Of a DNA stretch of 64,000 nt, positions 38,827-48,470 are shown in pieces. The translations under genes and the position numbers were made by a program. Location of the stretch: IMG/VR virus record IMGVR_UViG_3300001525_000272, positions 1 to 64,000 of that record; one strand, written 5' to 3'. Numbering within the stretch: position 1 is the first letter of the stretch; each line of letters opens with the position of its first letter. The stretch is from a virus (lineage: Duplodnaviria; Caudoviricetes). The notes below the pieces were generated by a model. The model made no database searches. It saw only the letters and a list, made by a program, of their open reading frames with translations, and had not been told where the DNA came from.

Positions 38827-38870
38827 GAGTTGTCATTTTACAACCACTTCCTATTGTAAAATGACAACTC
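38827..38870 (-). terminator. Hairpin, probable terminator
   Basis: 17-bp perfect inverted repeat gagttgtcattttacaa / ttgtaaaatgacaactc with a 10-nt loop, downstream of the chaperone extension. Confidence 0.65.
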
Positions 38871-38931
38871 GAATATTTTAAGTAAAGTAATGTATAACTA
38901 TATTTGGGTAATGCACTAATTCAAAAATTTA

Positions 38932-39141
38932 TCATTTAATACCTTGAATAGCCTTTTGTTGTGTATCATACTTATCTCTATCATATTTGGTTTTCCATTT
39001 GATATAAGATTTTACTTCATCAACAGGCATTCTTACTACATCTATATAAGAACTTTTTGAAAGTTCCATACATAAAAAAATAGTTTCTTTAAGACTTTCT
39101 CGGTATTTTAATACACTTTTCTCATTGGTACAATGCGCGAA
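38932..39141 (-). CDS. +1-frame extension of the tail chaperone (gp51-like / lambda gpT-like), not in the ORF track
   Basis: The +1 frame reads FAHCTNEKSVLKYRESLKETIFLCMELSKSSYIDVVRMPVDEVKSYIKWKTKYDRDKYDTQQKAIQGIK*. It resembles the E.IF.L......S..DI..MP..E...Y motif of chaperone extensions, and has no ATG/GTG/TTG before the conserved part. Confidence 0.65.
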   Translation of the reverse strand, partial: FAHCTNEKSVLKYRESLKETIFLCMELSKSSYIDVVRMPVDEVKSYIKWKTKYDRDKYDTQQKAIQGIK

Positions 39142-39973
39142 AAAACTGAGAAGTGAAATCTAATTCTACGTCCCGCTTGTCTTTACATTCAGAATTTTGA
39201 CAAATTACTGTAGCGACTGTTCTAACATTATATTTGAGAAATTCATCAGCATAGACTTTATTAATCAATTTGGCATCATCCGGAGGAATAGAATTCCAAG
39301 CAAGTCTGATATTATCTTTTTGCTTGTATTCATCACCATTTGGTTTATCCTTAGTAGGATCTTGATAGAATCTATCAACCATACTAAGATTTTTCCTCTT
39401 TCCTTTATCTTCATCAGTTGCAAATAAATCATATTCACTATATTCTATCTCATCCTTTATAGTTGGTGCTTTAAGAACACAGTGAACACCATCAAATTCT
39501 TTAAGATCTACAACTTTTCTATATGAGATAATATCTCCGCGTTTAGTTCCTTTTTCAGAATCAATTACTTCATCAGGATTCCAAAAAGTACCCTTGAGAG
39601 CTTTATCAATATCTATAGTAACAGTATTTGTATGACCGCATTTTTCACATATAACTTCATATACGTGCATATTTTTATATGTAGTAGCATAGAGACCATA
39701 TATTAAAGCATCTCTATCCTTTAAAGTAGTATTTTCAATGAAATCATCAAATGTTTTAATGTTTTCTGGTTTTTTTACAAGACAACCCCACAATACTTCA
39801 GAAAGATGTTTGGGAAAACTAGAAGGTGTAATCAAACTTCCTTTCAGATTATCCTCATCAGCAATGGACATTGATCTAACAGTATACTTTTTATTTCCTT
39901 GTGGAGTAATAACTTCATATTCAGGAAGTTTAATACCAAACCCACTAAATACTTCAATACCAGCTTTATTCAT
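39122..39973 (-). CDS. Baseplate hub assembly / tail assembly chaperone (T4 gp26-like)
   Basis: YEVITP.G...YTVRSMSIADE..L, DRDALIYGLY.TTY, CEKC and CQNSEC Zn pairs; directly after the tail tube gene. Confidence 0.75.
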   Translation of the reverse strand: MNKAGIEVFSGFGIKLPEYEVITPQGNKKYTVRSMSIADEDNLKGSLITPSSFPKHLSEVLWGCLVKKPENIKTFDDFIENTTLKDRDALIYGLYATTYKNMHVYEVICEKCGHTNTVTIDIDKALKGTFWNPDEVIDSEKGTKRGDIISYRKVVDLKEFDGVHCVLKAPTIKDEIEYSEYDLFATDEDKGKRKNLSMVDRFYQDPTKDKPNGDEYKQKDNIRLAWNSIPPDDAKLINKVYADEFLKYNVRTVATVICQNSECKDKRDVELDFTSQFFRALYQ

Positions 39974-40071
39974 AGATTTTTGAATCCTATTGATTTATAA
40001 AATAACAATTGAGTTGATACAATTTCAATTAAAAAAGAAAATTTTAATTTTTTCAGAAATGATTTAAAAGT

Positions 40072-40111
40072 ATCAAACTCCCATACCATTTCTGAAATAT
40101 GGGAGTTTGAT
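40072..40111 (-). terminator. Hairpin terminator after the tube gene
   Basis: 14-bp inverted repeat atcaaactcccata / tatgggagtttgat with a 12-nt loop. Confidence 0.65.
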
Positions 40112-40125
40112 TTTCTTTTATTTGA

Positions 40126-40848
40126 TTACGGGAAATCCTGAGACGCGTTACCGCTACTTCTAACTTCCTGAAGTTTCTTGGAATAAGAATCAGATAATGT
40201 TCTAGCTTTATCATAAACCCAGCTTTCATGATAAACAAAGTCAACATTGAATTCTATATCCATTTCCAGTTTATCTACAGATGCTACATCACTCTGGAAG
40301 AGATCCTGTGGATCTTTAAGCGGGAATACACCAGAATAACAAGCAGCGTATTCTATCGTCTTTCCATCCGGTTTAGTAGTCCAGTAAAGAACAGATGCTG
40401 AATATTCATTCTTATGTGTTGCTAATTCATTAGCATTATCAGTAGTACCCGTTTTATTATCACGGATATACTTAACCCAGCTATGAATAACAGAAAATAC
40501 TGGAAGATACTGGAATTCAAGAAATTTACAAGAGAATGAAGTGGTGTAGTCAACACTAGTAGGAACACTCCATTTAGTACCACCAAGACCTTGAATTTCT
40601 GTTTTGTTTAAAGTACCACCGGGAGGTGTTACTGATAAACAACACACATCAAGAACAGAAGGAACATCATCTGGCCCCTTCAACTTAGTAGAAGTAATCA
40701 ATCCTTTTATTGTATCGAAATATATTGATTTATTAGGCATGAACCATTTAGTAAAATGGTAGCCTGTAAGATATGGATCTGCAACAAGGTTATTTGCGGT
40801 ACCACCGTAGTTTCTTCCCGTTGCATTGAACATGCTAGCAAAACCCAT
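40126..40848 (-). CDS. Tail tube protein
   Basis: SVTPPGGTL.K.E..GLGG.KWSVPT.VDY...FS..F.E...W...YSGVFP...D.F.SD.....K.E.DIEF.VD tube fold; follows the sheath gene. Confidence 0.8.
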   Translation of the reverse strand: MGFASMFNATGRNYGGTANNLVADPYLTGYHFTKWFMPNKSIYFDTIKGLITSTKLKGPDDVPSVLDVCCLSVTPPGGTLNKTEIQGLGGTKWSVPTSVDYTTSFSCKFLEFQYLPVFSVIHSWVKYIRDNKTGTTDNANELATHKNEYSASVLYWTTKPDGKTIEYAACYSGVFPLKDPQDLFQSDVASVDKLEMDIEFNVDFVYHESWVYDKARTLSDSYSKKLQEVRSSGNASQDFP

Positions 40849-40882
40849 TGTTTGATTCCTTTATTTTAAAGTTTATGATTTA

Positions 40883-40918
40883 GAATCAAGGATATCCAAA
40901 AATGAATATCCTTGATTC
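40883..40918 (-). terminator. Hairpin after the sheath gene
   Basis: 13-bp inverted repeat gaatcaaggatat / atatccttgattc with a 10-nt loop. Confidence 0.6.
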
Positions 40919-40930
40919 ATTTATTACCTA

Positions 40931-43375
40931 TTATTGGATGTAAAGATTGAGCATAATCTTTTCAATAACCTTCATAGGCTGAAGCATTACGTTTACGTGA
41001 CAAGTCTTAGTCTTGAACTCGTAATCTGTTGCTCCAACTTCAACACTGAAAGACTTGAGACCTCTTTCTGCCTGAACAGATTGCAAGAAAGGAACAATAC
41101 CCTGTTTGATTCTATCATGAGTTTCTTGATCATTAAACTCAAAGATATAATACTTACAGAATTGCTCAATTGCTCTCTTACAATAAAGAACTGTTCTTAC
41201 ACAGTTAAGATCAGAAAGTGCGGTTGTCTTCTTCTGAGTAGTCAATTGACCCCAAACAGTCATACCTTCAGGGAAGTGAACAATTGGGTTAACTTGAGCA
41301 AGATACAAACGATCTCTCTCGCCCTTATTAGCACTCCAACGAAGTTCCTTAATTTCAGAACTTATACCTCTATTATAACCAGCAGCTGCATACCAAACAT
41401 TATACAATGCATCACTAGTAGGAATAAGCTTTGCCATAGTATAAACTGGTGACATCCAGTTATCACAACCAAGGAACTTATCATACACCCTTGTATAAGG
41501 TTCATATCTTGCACAATAGAAGGAGTTCCAGATTCTGCAATCTTTCGCGCCCTTTACTGCACCAGTATACTTCTCAACATCCTCACAATCACTGTTATCA
41601 CCACAGTCAGAAATGAGAACGCAATCCAATCTGGTTTCTACAAGTTCTTTTGCTGCTTGTTTGACATCTGGTTTATAACCAGCATCATAAACAATAGTAA
41701 AGTAGATCCAATCAAGATCGAGAACGTCATTGGCGTACTGAATCTTATATGTGACTGTACCAGTTGATTCATCAACTCTTCTCAATACAACCGGTTTCTT
41801 AAGAAGACCAGTATAAGCAAGAGCAAGAGTCTGATTAGCAATCATTGGTTGAGTGACTTTAGTGCCATTCTTGATTGTAACCATACCACCCATTGAACCC
41901 TTATTGAGATAATAAGGTTGCTCACCAATAGTAATATCATTACTATCAGTAAGAGACATAAGACTCATATTGATAGCAGTTTCATACTCTTCTTGAGCAG
42001 CATCAACAAGTTCTTGAGCTACAGTACAAAGACCAATTGCTCTATCAATAGCTTCATCTCTACTGAGTTGCTTTGCATCTGAATAACCATCAACTTTAAT
42101 AGGATCTGTTTCATCATCTTCGTCCATATCAACAGCAGCATTATATGCAGCATTGGCTTCAGCCATTGCTTCTTTTGCTACTGCTTTATCGAAGTATGCA
42201 TTCCAGATAGCCTTGGCTTTTGTACCAAGTTCATAACCAGCAGGAAGATATTTAATACCTTCTTCATAATCACCACTTGCTGATTTCTCTATCAATCTGG
42301 TACCAACATAGACACCGGGTTTTTCTCTTATAGTATCAGTTTCATCTTCGCCGATATAATCAGGAATCCAAGAATAACCAGTATTTTCATCAATGGTTGG
42401 GAATCCTTTATCGATTACATAATCCGGTTGAGATTCTTCAATAGTAGGATCATTCTTATAGAATTCAGCAAGGAACGAATTGTATCTTGCCAAAGCATCA
42501 GGGTTTACCTGAACCTGAATATTGGTTGAGAATCCATTAATTACATCTTCAATGTAATTACTCTCACCTTCAAGATCAGTTGATTCTGGATCAAATGAAA
42601 TGTTATAGCTTTCAACCATAACCGGAGATCCATCCTGATCTTCATAAAGCTCAAAGTTATAAAGACCAAAATTGGAAGGATTGCTATCAGCTCTCAGAAT
42701 GAAACTATAACGATCATAATAATCACCACGACCAAAACCTCTTACATAGAAAAGAACTGATTTATTATAATCACCTTCTTTTTCCATATAAGCATTACCA
42801 TCAGTAAGAGCATAAACCTGACCAGACTGAGCAGAAGTGAACATCGCGTCAAGCTTCTGAGTATTAGTCATATCAAGATACTTCAAACCTTCGGTTGTAG
42901 AATCTACAATTGTGGGTTGGAATTTCTTATAGCATGAGAATGTAGTAAGACCAATAGCTGAACCAACCTTGGTATCAACTGCTTCTGAAGGAGCACTACC
43001 CTCATCTACATCACTCGCATTATCAGAACTACTATCAACAGAAGTTGCTGTTAATGGAGCATTTACAAAACATACATAAGTATGAGAATAAGTTGCATCA
43101 TCAGGAAGAGCTCTCATTACAAAGAGATCTGATGAAACAGAAAGATGCTGTAAAGCAACATACGGACCCTGACCATAATATTTGCCAAAGGTTCTGATAT
43201 TTGGATCACCAAACTTAGTGCGATATTCTTCAATACTACTGATTCTCGTGAGTACGTTATCAGGACCTTTTTCTGTGATGACTGGTACAAAACCAATAGT
43301 TCCTGAAGTTGAAGTGAGATACTCTGAAAGATCAATGATCTTGGAATATACACCAGGCGAAATTGCACTTGCCAT
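40931..43375 (-). CDS. Contractile tail sheath protein
   Basis: ISPGVYSKIIDLS, EKGPDN.LT.I.S..EY...FG.P, WYAAAGYNRG, RDRLYLAQVNPI..FP.G..VWGQ.T, LSDLN..RTVLY..RAI, Y.FEFND..T. Confidence 0.93.
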   Translation of the reverse strand: MASAISPGVYSKIIDLSEYLTSTSGTIGFVPVITEKGPDNVLTRISSIEEYRTKFGDPNIRTFGKYYGQGPYVALQHLSVSSDLFVMRALPDDATYSHTYVCFVNAPLTATSVDSSSDNASDVDEGSAPSEAVDTKVGSAIGLTTFSCYKKFQPTIVDSTTEGLKYLDMTNTQKLDAMFTSAQSGQVYALTDGNAYMEKEGDYNKSVLFYVRGFGRGDYYDRYSFILRADSNPSNFGLYNFELYEDQDGSPVMVESYNISFDPESTDLEGESNYIEDVINGFSTNIQVQVNPDALARYNSFLAEFYKNDPTIEESQPDYVIDKGFPTIDENTGYSWIPDYIGEDETDTIREKPGVYVGTRLIEKSASGDYEEGIKYLPAGYELGTKAKAIWNAYFDKAVAKEAMAEANAAYNAAVDMDEDDETDPIKVDGYSDAKQLSRDEAIDRAIGLCTVAQELVDAAQEEYETAINMSLMSLTDSNDITIGEQPYYLNKGSMGGMVTIKNGTKVTQPMIANQTLALAYTGLLKKPVVLRRVDESTGTVTYKIQYANDVLDLDWIYFTIVYDAGYKPDVKQAAKELVETRLDCVLISDCGDNSDCEDVEKYTGAVKGAKDCRIWNSFYCARYEPYTRVYDKFLGCDNWMSPVYTMAKLIPTSDALYNVWYAAAGYNRGISSEIKELRWSANKGERDRLYLAQVNPIVHFPEGMTVWGQLTTQKKTTALSDLNCVRTVLYCKRAIEQFCKYYIFEFNDQETHDRIKQGIVPFLQSVQAERGLKSFSVEVGATDYEFKTKTCHVNVMLQPMKVIEKIMLNLYIQ

Positions 43376-43418
43376 AGATGTTAACCTTCCATATGAACAT
43401 TATACATTAGTTTACTTA

Positions 43419-43433
43419 CTTAGTATTTAGTTC
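43419..43433 (-). promoter_or_regulatory. Putative phage late promoter (GAACTAAATACTAAG on - strand)
   Basis: 58 nt upstream of the sheath start; AACT-N6-TA. Confidence 0.55.
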
Positions 43434-43448
43434 AATATGATTAAAGAA

Positions 43449-44789
43449 TCAATTGTATGATTGATTCGTTCTAGAAGCAGTTATAGTAGCACTCATATAA
43501 ATTTGATCTGATAAACCACCTTGGCGTTCTCTGTTTAAAACAATAACACTATTTGTAATTAAATAAGTTCCTTCATAATTGGAACCTTCATATGTTTCAT
43601 GTTCTGAATATGGTTTTAGATACATTGTATGACCAACATTCATCAATTCATGAATCTTAATCTGTCTGATCAGATTAATTCTGATCTGATTCAATCTCAT
43701 AAATTCTTTGGACATTCTTCTATTAATTGGATTCATAACCGGAATGATATCATGATTATCAGCATTTTCTACATCAGCATTGTTGACTCTCATTAAACCC
43801 TTCATTGAACTATCAACAATCAATCTATTATTCATCGCCGTATTGATTTTGATATCATCACTTTTAGAAAGTAATCCACGATTTTTTGATTCTTCTACAT
43901 AATTAGTATTAATATAGTATGCTATATCAAAAGATGGGTGATAAATGTGAGTTTGTTTGAATCCATTCAAAACACAAGAGTCATTACTAGTATTGATTGT
44001 TTCTATAGTATCATATGTAACAAAGTGATTCTTGAGTTCTTCTGCATATTCTTGTGGTTTTTTTAATACAGAAGCAGGGGCAACATTTGGTAATTTGTGA
44101 ACAGTAATTTCACCATTTATATTGTTTTCAAAATGTTTAACTATATCCCACATTTCAAATGTTCCATTATACTTCATATATTTGAACACTTGATTTTCAT
44201 ATATACCGTATTTATCATTAATTTCATCTAATGCTTTATTTAGTGACATTGGCGGTATTATTAATTGATCTATAGTATATCCATTCTTATTACAATCTTC
44301 TATATTTGTATTTTTAACACCAGTATCTTTTATCAGTGTTGTTGCAGCATCATATGGACATATCCCACTTTCCCATAATCTGTTAACAGGAGCTGACATT
44401 ATTTGAAATGATTGTTTACAAATACATGTCGATATAATGGTTCTTCTTTGAACATCTTGATGGTTTGATACGTTATTATATGGTTTTGGTGTAAGTGGTA
44501 CATTATTTTCGAGAACAATAAGATCAAAAATTAACGGATCTGACATTAGTTTTCCTTCAACATCAGTATACCATACCATCAATGTTATATTTGTATGACC
44601 AAAAATATTATCTTGAATGAATTTTTGGTTATCTGATTTATAGAATAATTGAATTACTGGATAACCATTATCAATATCACTAGTTATTATTACTTTAGAA
44701 AGTGTAGCAGTTAGATTAACATCTTTAGATCCATCTTTATAAATTTCAAAAAAACAAAAATTCTGAACTGAGTAATTTGCTAATGACAT
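43449..44789 (-). CDS. Baseplate hub protein (gp27/gpD-like)
   Basis: C-terminal NVGHTMYL...GTYLITNSV...Y.SATI...R resembles the hub beta-barrel; structural context. Start MSLANY at 44789. Confidence 0.5.
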   Translation of the reverse strand: MSLANYSVQNFCFFEIYKDGSKDVNLTATLSKVIITSDIDNGYPVIQLFYKSDNQKFIQDNIFGHTNITLMVWYTDVEGKLMSDPLIFDLIVLENNVPLTPKPYNNVSNHQDVQRRTIISTCICKQSFQIMSAPVNRLWESGICPYDAATTLIKDTGVKNTNIEDCNKNGYTIDQLIIPPMSLNKALDEINDKYGIYENQVFKYMKYNGTFEMWDIVKHFENNINGEITVHKLPNVAPASVLKKPQEYAEELKNHFVTYDTIETINTSNDSCVLNGFKQTHIYHPSFDIAYYINTNYVEESKNRGLLSKSDDIKINTAMNNRLIVDSSMKGLMRVNNADVENADNHDIIPVMNPINRRMSKEFMRLNQIRINLIRQIKIHELMNVGHTMYLKPYSEHETYEGSNYEGTYLITNSVIVLNRERQGGLSDQIYMSATITASRTNQSYN

Positions 44790-44820
44790 ATCAAAAATTA
44801 AATAGTAATAACCAATCAAA

Positions 44821-44835
44821 TTAATAATTTAGTTC
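44821..44835 (-). promoter_or_regulatory. Putative phage late promoter (GAACTAAATTATTAA on - strand)
   Basis: 46 nt upstream of 44789; shares the ATATATGGGAAC context with the 38799 copy. Confidence 0.55.
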
Positions 44836-44862
44836 CCATATATCAAAAATTCTGTTGAAAAA

Positions 44863-44900
44863 AATAAGAGTTGGGTGTTTCTCTAAACCCAACTCTTATT
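44863..44900 (-). terminator. Rho-independent terminator separating the non-structural and structural blocks
   Basis: 14-bp inverted repeat aataagagttgggt / acccaactcttatt, followed by a U-run on the - strand. Confidence 0.75.
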
Positions 44901-44919
44901 AAAAAGTAACCAATTCTTC

Positions 44920-45498
44920 TTACTTTTTACTCTGGAGGAATGATACATACTGAGCAACTTCATCCTTTAAATTAAGAGGAACAGATATATTGCACTTATT
45001 CTTCTTATCTTTATCCTCTGTTTCTTTCTTACTCTTCTTGACTTTTTTGGTCAATTCAATTTCTATATACTTTTTAATATCTTTGAAATAATCAGAAAAG
45101 ATTTCATCAATCTCTTTCTTCTTACTTTCAAAGTATTTTTCACACAATGATGTTATAATATCTTTTGCTATATTTTCAAGAAACTTTTTAGATTCTGAAG
45201 ATAAACTCAATCTTTGTTCATTCACTATTTTGACTACTTCATCTGATGTAACAGTTTGAACCATATCAAAGATCTTATCTTTAACTTCATTAATGAGTTC
45301 TGTTTGACTTATTGCTGCTTTAGTCAAACCATCACTAATGTTCTTAATAATTACTCTATTATCAGGATTCTTAGTAGTAAGAATTTCATTAATAATGGGT
45401 ATAAATGCAATCGGATTCTTACCCATTTCCTCAATGATACATCTAACTACAAGATTATCTATTTTAGCTTCTTGTTTCTTATTACCGATTGTTTTCAT
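44920..45498 (-). CDS. Hypothetical helical protein
   Basis: Charged, coiled-coil-like ORF; ATG at 45498 directly after the helicase stop. Confidence 0.55.
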   Translation of the reverse strand: MKTIGNKKQEAKIDNLVVRCIIEEMGKNPIAFIPIINEILTTKNPDNRVIIKNISDGLTKAAISQTELINEVKDKIFDMVQTVTSDEVVKIVNEQRLSLSSESKKFLENIAKDIITSLCEKYFESKKKEIDEIFSDYFKDIKKYIEIELTKKVKKSKKETEDKDKKNKCNISVPLNLKDEVAQYVSFLQSKK

Positions 45499-45499
45499 T

Positions 45500-46780
45500 T
45501 TATCTAACTCCAACTAATAATAATTTATCCTTTGCTCTGGTGATTGCTGTATAATACCATCTACGCCACATATCACCTTCTGCCCAGTATTTGGATTTTT
45601 CTTCTAATACGACTACATTACTCCATTCACTACCTTGTGATTTGTGAACAGTAATAGCATAACCGTAATCGAAATTATCCAAATAAACCTTTTGATTACT
45701 ATCCTTAATAATAGATCCTACAGCAAAGTAATCTCCAACACCCTTTGCTTTTCTTAACATCTTAAGATCTTTATAAATAATGAACTCTCCGAAATCTGGT
45801 TTTTCTTTATTAAATCCAGATTTAGATACAACCCCTTTATAGGGATATGTATAATCAGAAAACTTAATAGATACATCATATGCATTTGAATATACTGTCT
45901 TTTTGATTACTTCTCCAATCATTCCATTATAGACAGCACATCCAACAGCTCTTGGATTATTCTTTAAGCAAACAACTTTATCACCCAAAAGAAGATCATC
46001 ATCAATTGCACCAAGAGATTTTCTAATCTTCTTATTCATATCTATACGAGTTTTATTAAACCCACATAATACAACAGAATCATCAAATCTTCCGCATCTT
46101 TGTTTAATGAATTGTTTTACTAATGGATCTTTTGGAGTAACTCTAAATACTTGATCATTATAATTACCAAATTTGATATAACCATCAATTCTCGCCATCA
46201 TAGATGCTTTGATTAAACCATCATTTTCAGCAAATCTATGAAGTGTTTCCAATTTAATTTGAGGATTTTCCATCAAATTAAAACCGGTAGAATCAACTGG
46301 AGGCAATTGACCATGATCGCCAACAGCAATAATCGGTATACCATAATTAGAAAGATCTTCAAACATCTTTCTAGATACCATAGATGCTTCATCTATAATA
46401 AGTAAACTATATTCACCAATCTTTTTTCTTCTTACCCAATCAGTGATTTCACCATTCTCATCCAGTACTGGTTCATATATTAAAGAATGAATTGTACCAA
46501 TAAAATCATTTTCGATTATATCACTTCGTACATTCTTTTTAAGTTTTACTGACATTACAGATGCTGCTTTACCAGTAAATGCACAAAATGCAATCCTCAA
46601 TGATGGATATTGATCAGCAAGAATATTTCTAAAGATGGTTACGATAGTAGTTTTACCACAACCAGCGTAACCACCCAAAGTTATCAACTGCTGTCTATTT
46701 GAACTTTTCCACCAATCATTTAAAGCATCCAATGCTTTTTCCTGATCGGTGGAAAGATCAAGTTCGTTCTTATTCAGCAT
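45500..46780 (-). CDS. RecD/Dda-like SF1B helicase
   Basis: GGYAGCGKTT, AFTGKAA, TIHSL, IIDEASMV, GDHGQLPPV, HR, YGYAITVHKSQGSEW, YTAITRAK. Confidence 0.92.
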   Translation of the reverse strand: MLNKNELDLSTDQEKALDALNDWWKSSNRQQLITLGGYAGCGKTTIVTIFRNILADQYPSLRIAFCAFTGKAASVMSVKLKKNVRSDIIENDFIGTIHSLIYEPVLDENGEITDWVRRKKIGEYSLLIIDEASMVSRKMFEDLSNYGIPIIAVGDHGQLPPVDSTGFNLMENPQIKLETLHRFAENDGLIKASMMARIDGYIKFGNYNDQVFRVTPKDPLVKQFIKQRCGRFDDSVVLCGFNKTRIDMNKKIRKSLGAIDDDLLLGDKVVCLKNNPRAVGCAVYNGMIGEVIKKTVYSNAYDVSIKFSDYTYPYKGVVSKSGFNKEKPDFGEFIIYKDLKMLRKAKGVGDYFAVGSIIKDSNQKVYLDNFDYGYAITVHKSQGSEWSNVVVLEEKSKYWAEGDMWRRWYYTAITRAKDKLLLVGVR

Positions 46781-46782
46781 AA

Positions 46783-47004
46783 TTAGTTATAGATATAATG
46801 AACCACAAAAGAAAGAAATGGTTTTTCACAATTTAATTTCGATAAAGCAATAACTTCATCATAATGATCATCTAACCAATTCTTTGTTTTATTTTGCATA
46901 AAATGAGCAATTTCAGAATCACTTCCATCAGTTTCCCTTTGAAGTTTTCTGTATTCCTTGACTGCTTCTGCAAAACGATTAATGAACTTTAAAGTTTCGC
47001 TCAT
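46783..47004 (-). CDS. Hypothetical protein
   Basis: 73-aa ORF in a tightly packed operon. Confidence 0.5.
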   Translation of the reverse strand: MSETLKFINRFAEAVKEYRKLQRETDGSDSEIAHFMQNKTKNWLDDHYDEVIALSKLNCEKPFLSFVVHYIYN

Positions 47005-47019
47005 TTTGTAATTATTCCT

Positions 47020-47472
47020 TTAGTTTTTCAAATACTCATCATCAAGACTTTTGATTGATTCATAAGGAAGAGAACTATCTTCATCTTCTTTTACAACAAA
47101 ACCGTGACTTTCAAGCCAATGACCAAATTGATAAAAACCACTCATATCATCATAATCATTACCGACATCAACAATGATTTCCGGCTTTGACATATCTATG
47201 ATTTTAGATAACAATTCCGGTTCAGGATGATTTAAGTAATCACGGAAATTAATTTCAATAGTGTTTACTTTATAAGAATCCTTACACCAAGAATAGTTCT
47301 TAAACAACTCTTCGAATTCTTTCTTGGAATTTTCATCTTTGGCTGTAAAGCTAACTTTATTAGTAAGACGAAATGCTTTAATCAATTCTTTGAGTGTATT
47401 AAAACGACCGGTTATATCAACGATAAAACTAGAACTGCTAGAATTACTTACAAAATCACTTCTAATCTTCAT
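47020..47472 (-). CDS. NSSSSSF-motif family protein, copy 4
   Basis: N-terminus MKIRSDFVSNSSSSSFIV. Confidence 0.8.
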   Translation of the reverse strand: MKIRSDFVSNSSSSSFIVDITGRFNTLKELIKAFRLTNKVSFTAKDENSKKEFEELFKNYSWCKDSYKVNTIEINFRDYLNHPEPELLSKIIDMSKPEIIVDVGNDYDDMSGFYQFGHWLESHGFVVKEDEDSSLPYESIKSLDDEYLKN

Positions 47473-47490
47473 TATTTTATCAACCTTTCT

Positions 47491-47973
47491 TTAATTATTA
47501 TCATTTCCACCCTCAATATAAGAATCAGTATTGGATAGAAAACGAAGAAGAGTATCTTCATTAGTAAACATGTCAATATTCTGTCCTTCTGAAGAAGCAG
47601 ATTGATGATCTATATACATATAACTGGGTAGATCTTTATATTTCTTTTCTGAATCATAATAGATTGGATCAACCATTCTAATATTAAGTTTGTAGTTATC
47701 CTTAACTACTTTCTTAAGCATATCAAACCATTCATCACAATGTTCATCTGAATAGAAACATTGCATGGCACAGAAATTGAGTTTACTAAAGAAATCGCTA
47801 GTAATCTCTTCTTCCCATCCAAATTGATATTTACCATGTTCCACGTTTGGAACAATGAATTCATCCAAATCATCATTGAGTTTGGAAAGATCTTCTGTAT
47901 TTCCAACCGTATCAGCAATAACAATAAAAGAAGAACTTGAACTATTACTTACGAAGTCGTTTCTAATTTTCAT
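47491..47973 (-). CDS. NSSSSSF-motif family protein, copy 3
   Basis: N-terminus MKIRNDFVSNSSSSSFIV; C-terminal YIDHQS. Confidence 0.8.
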   Translation of the reverse strand: MKIRNDFVSNSSSSSFIVIADTVGNTEDLSKLNDDLDEFIVPNVEHGKYQFGWEEEITSDFFSKLNFCAMQCFYSDEHCDEWFDMLKKVVKDNYKLNIRMVDPIYYDSEKKYKDLPSYMYIDHQSASSEGQNIDMFTNEDTLLRFLSNTDSYIEGGNDNN

Positions 47974-48466
47974 TGTTTGTAATCTCCTCGTTCATTTTAA
48001 ACCAATCCAAATGGCTAGTTATTGTTTCATATGCAAAACCCTTATATTCAAGTAAAGTCAAAATCTGACTTATTCTGCTTAATGGGAATGAATCCCATGT
48101 TTCCATAAGTTCGATTATAACATTATTACAATTTGCAACCAATGCTATTATATCATCATTAAATGGTTCTTTGAGTACTTCGCCATTGATAAGAATACAA
48201 TACATTTGTTTACCATTCCAATTATAATCATAATGTTTATCTATCCATGATACATGATCAGTAAGATAATTTTTAATCTGATGATTATTTATCAAGTAAT
48301 TATATGCAATATCTCTAGTTTCTCGATCATACCAACAAAAGATGATATGGTGAAGATCACTAATGATTTTTCTAAACTCAACAAAGAAATCAACTAAACC
48401 TTTTTGTTTAGATATAATAAAACTAGAACTACTTGAATTTGAAACAAAGTCGTTTCTGATTTTCAT
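47963..48466 (-). CDS. NSSSSSF-motif family protein, copy 2
   Basis: N-terminus MKIRNDFVSNSSSSSFII; overlaps the next start by 11 nt. Confidence 0.8.
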   Translation of the reverse strand: MKIRNDFVSNSSSSSFIISKQKGLVDFFVEFRKIISDLHHIIFCWYDRETRDIAYNYLINNHQIKNYLTDHVSWIDKHYDYNWNGKQMYCILINGEVLKEPFNDDIIALVANCNNVIIELMETWDSFPLSRISQILTLLEYKGFAYETITSHLDWFKMNEEITNNEN

Positions 48467-48470
48467 AATT

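Noticed and set aside
8001-44835. Uracil-substituted genome inferred from AR9-like promoters
   Set aside because: No dUTP-pathway or UDG-inhibitor gene was recognised here, and assembled sequence cannot show U versus T.
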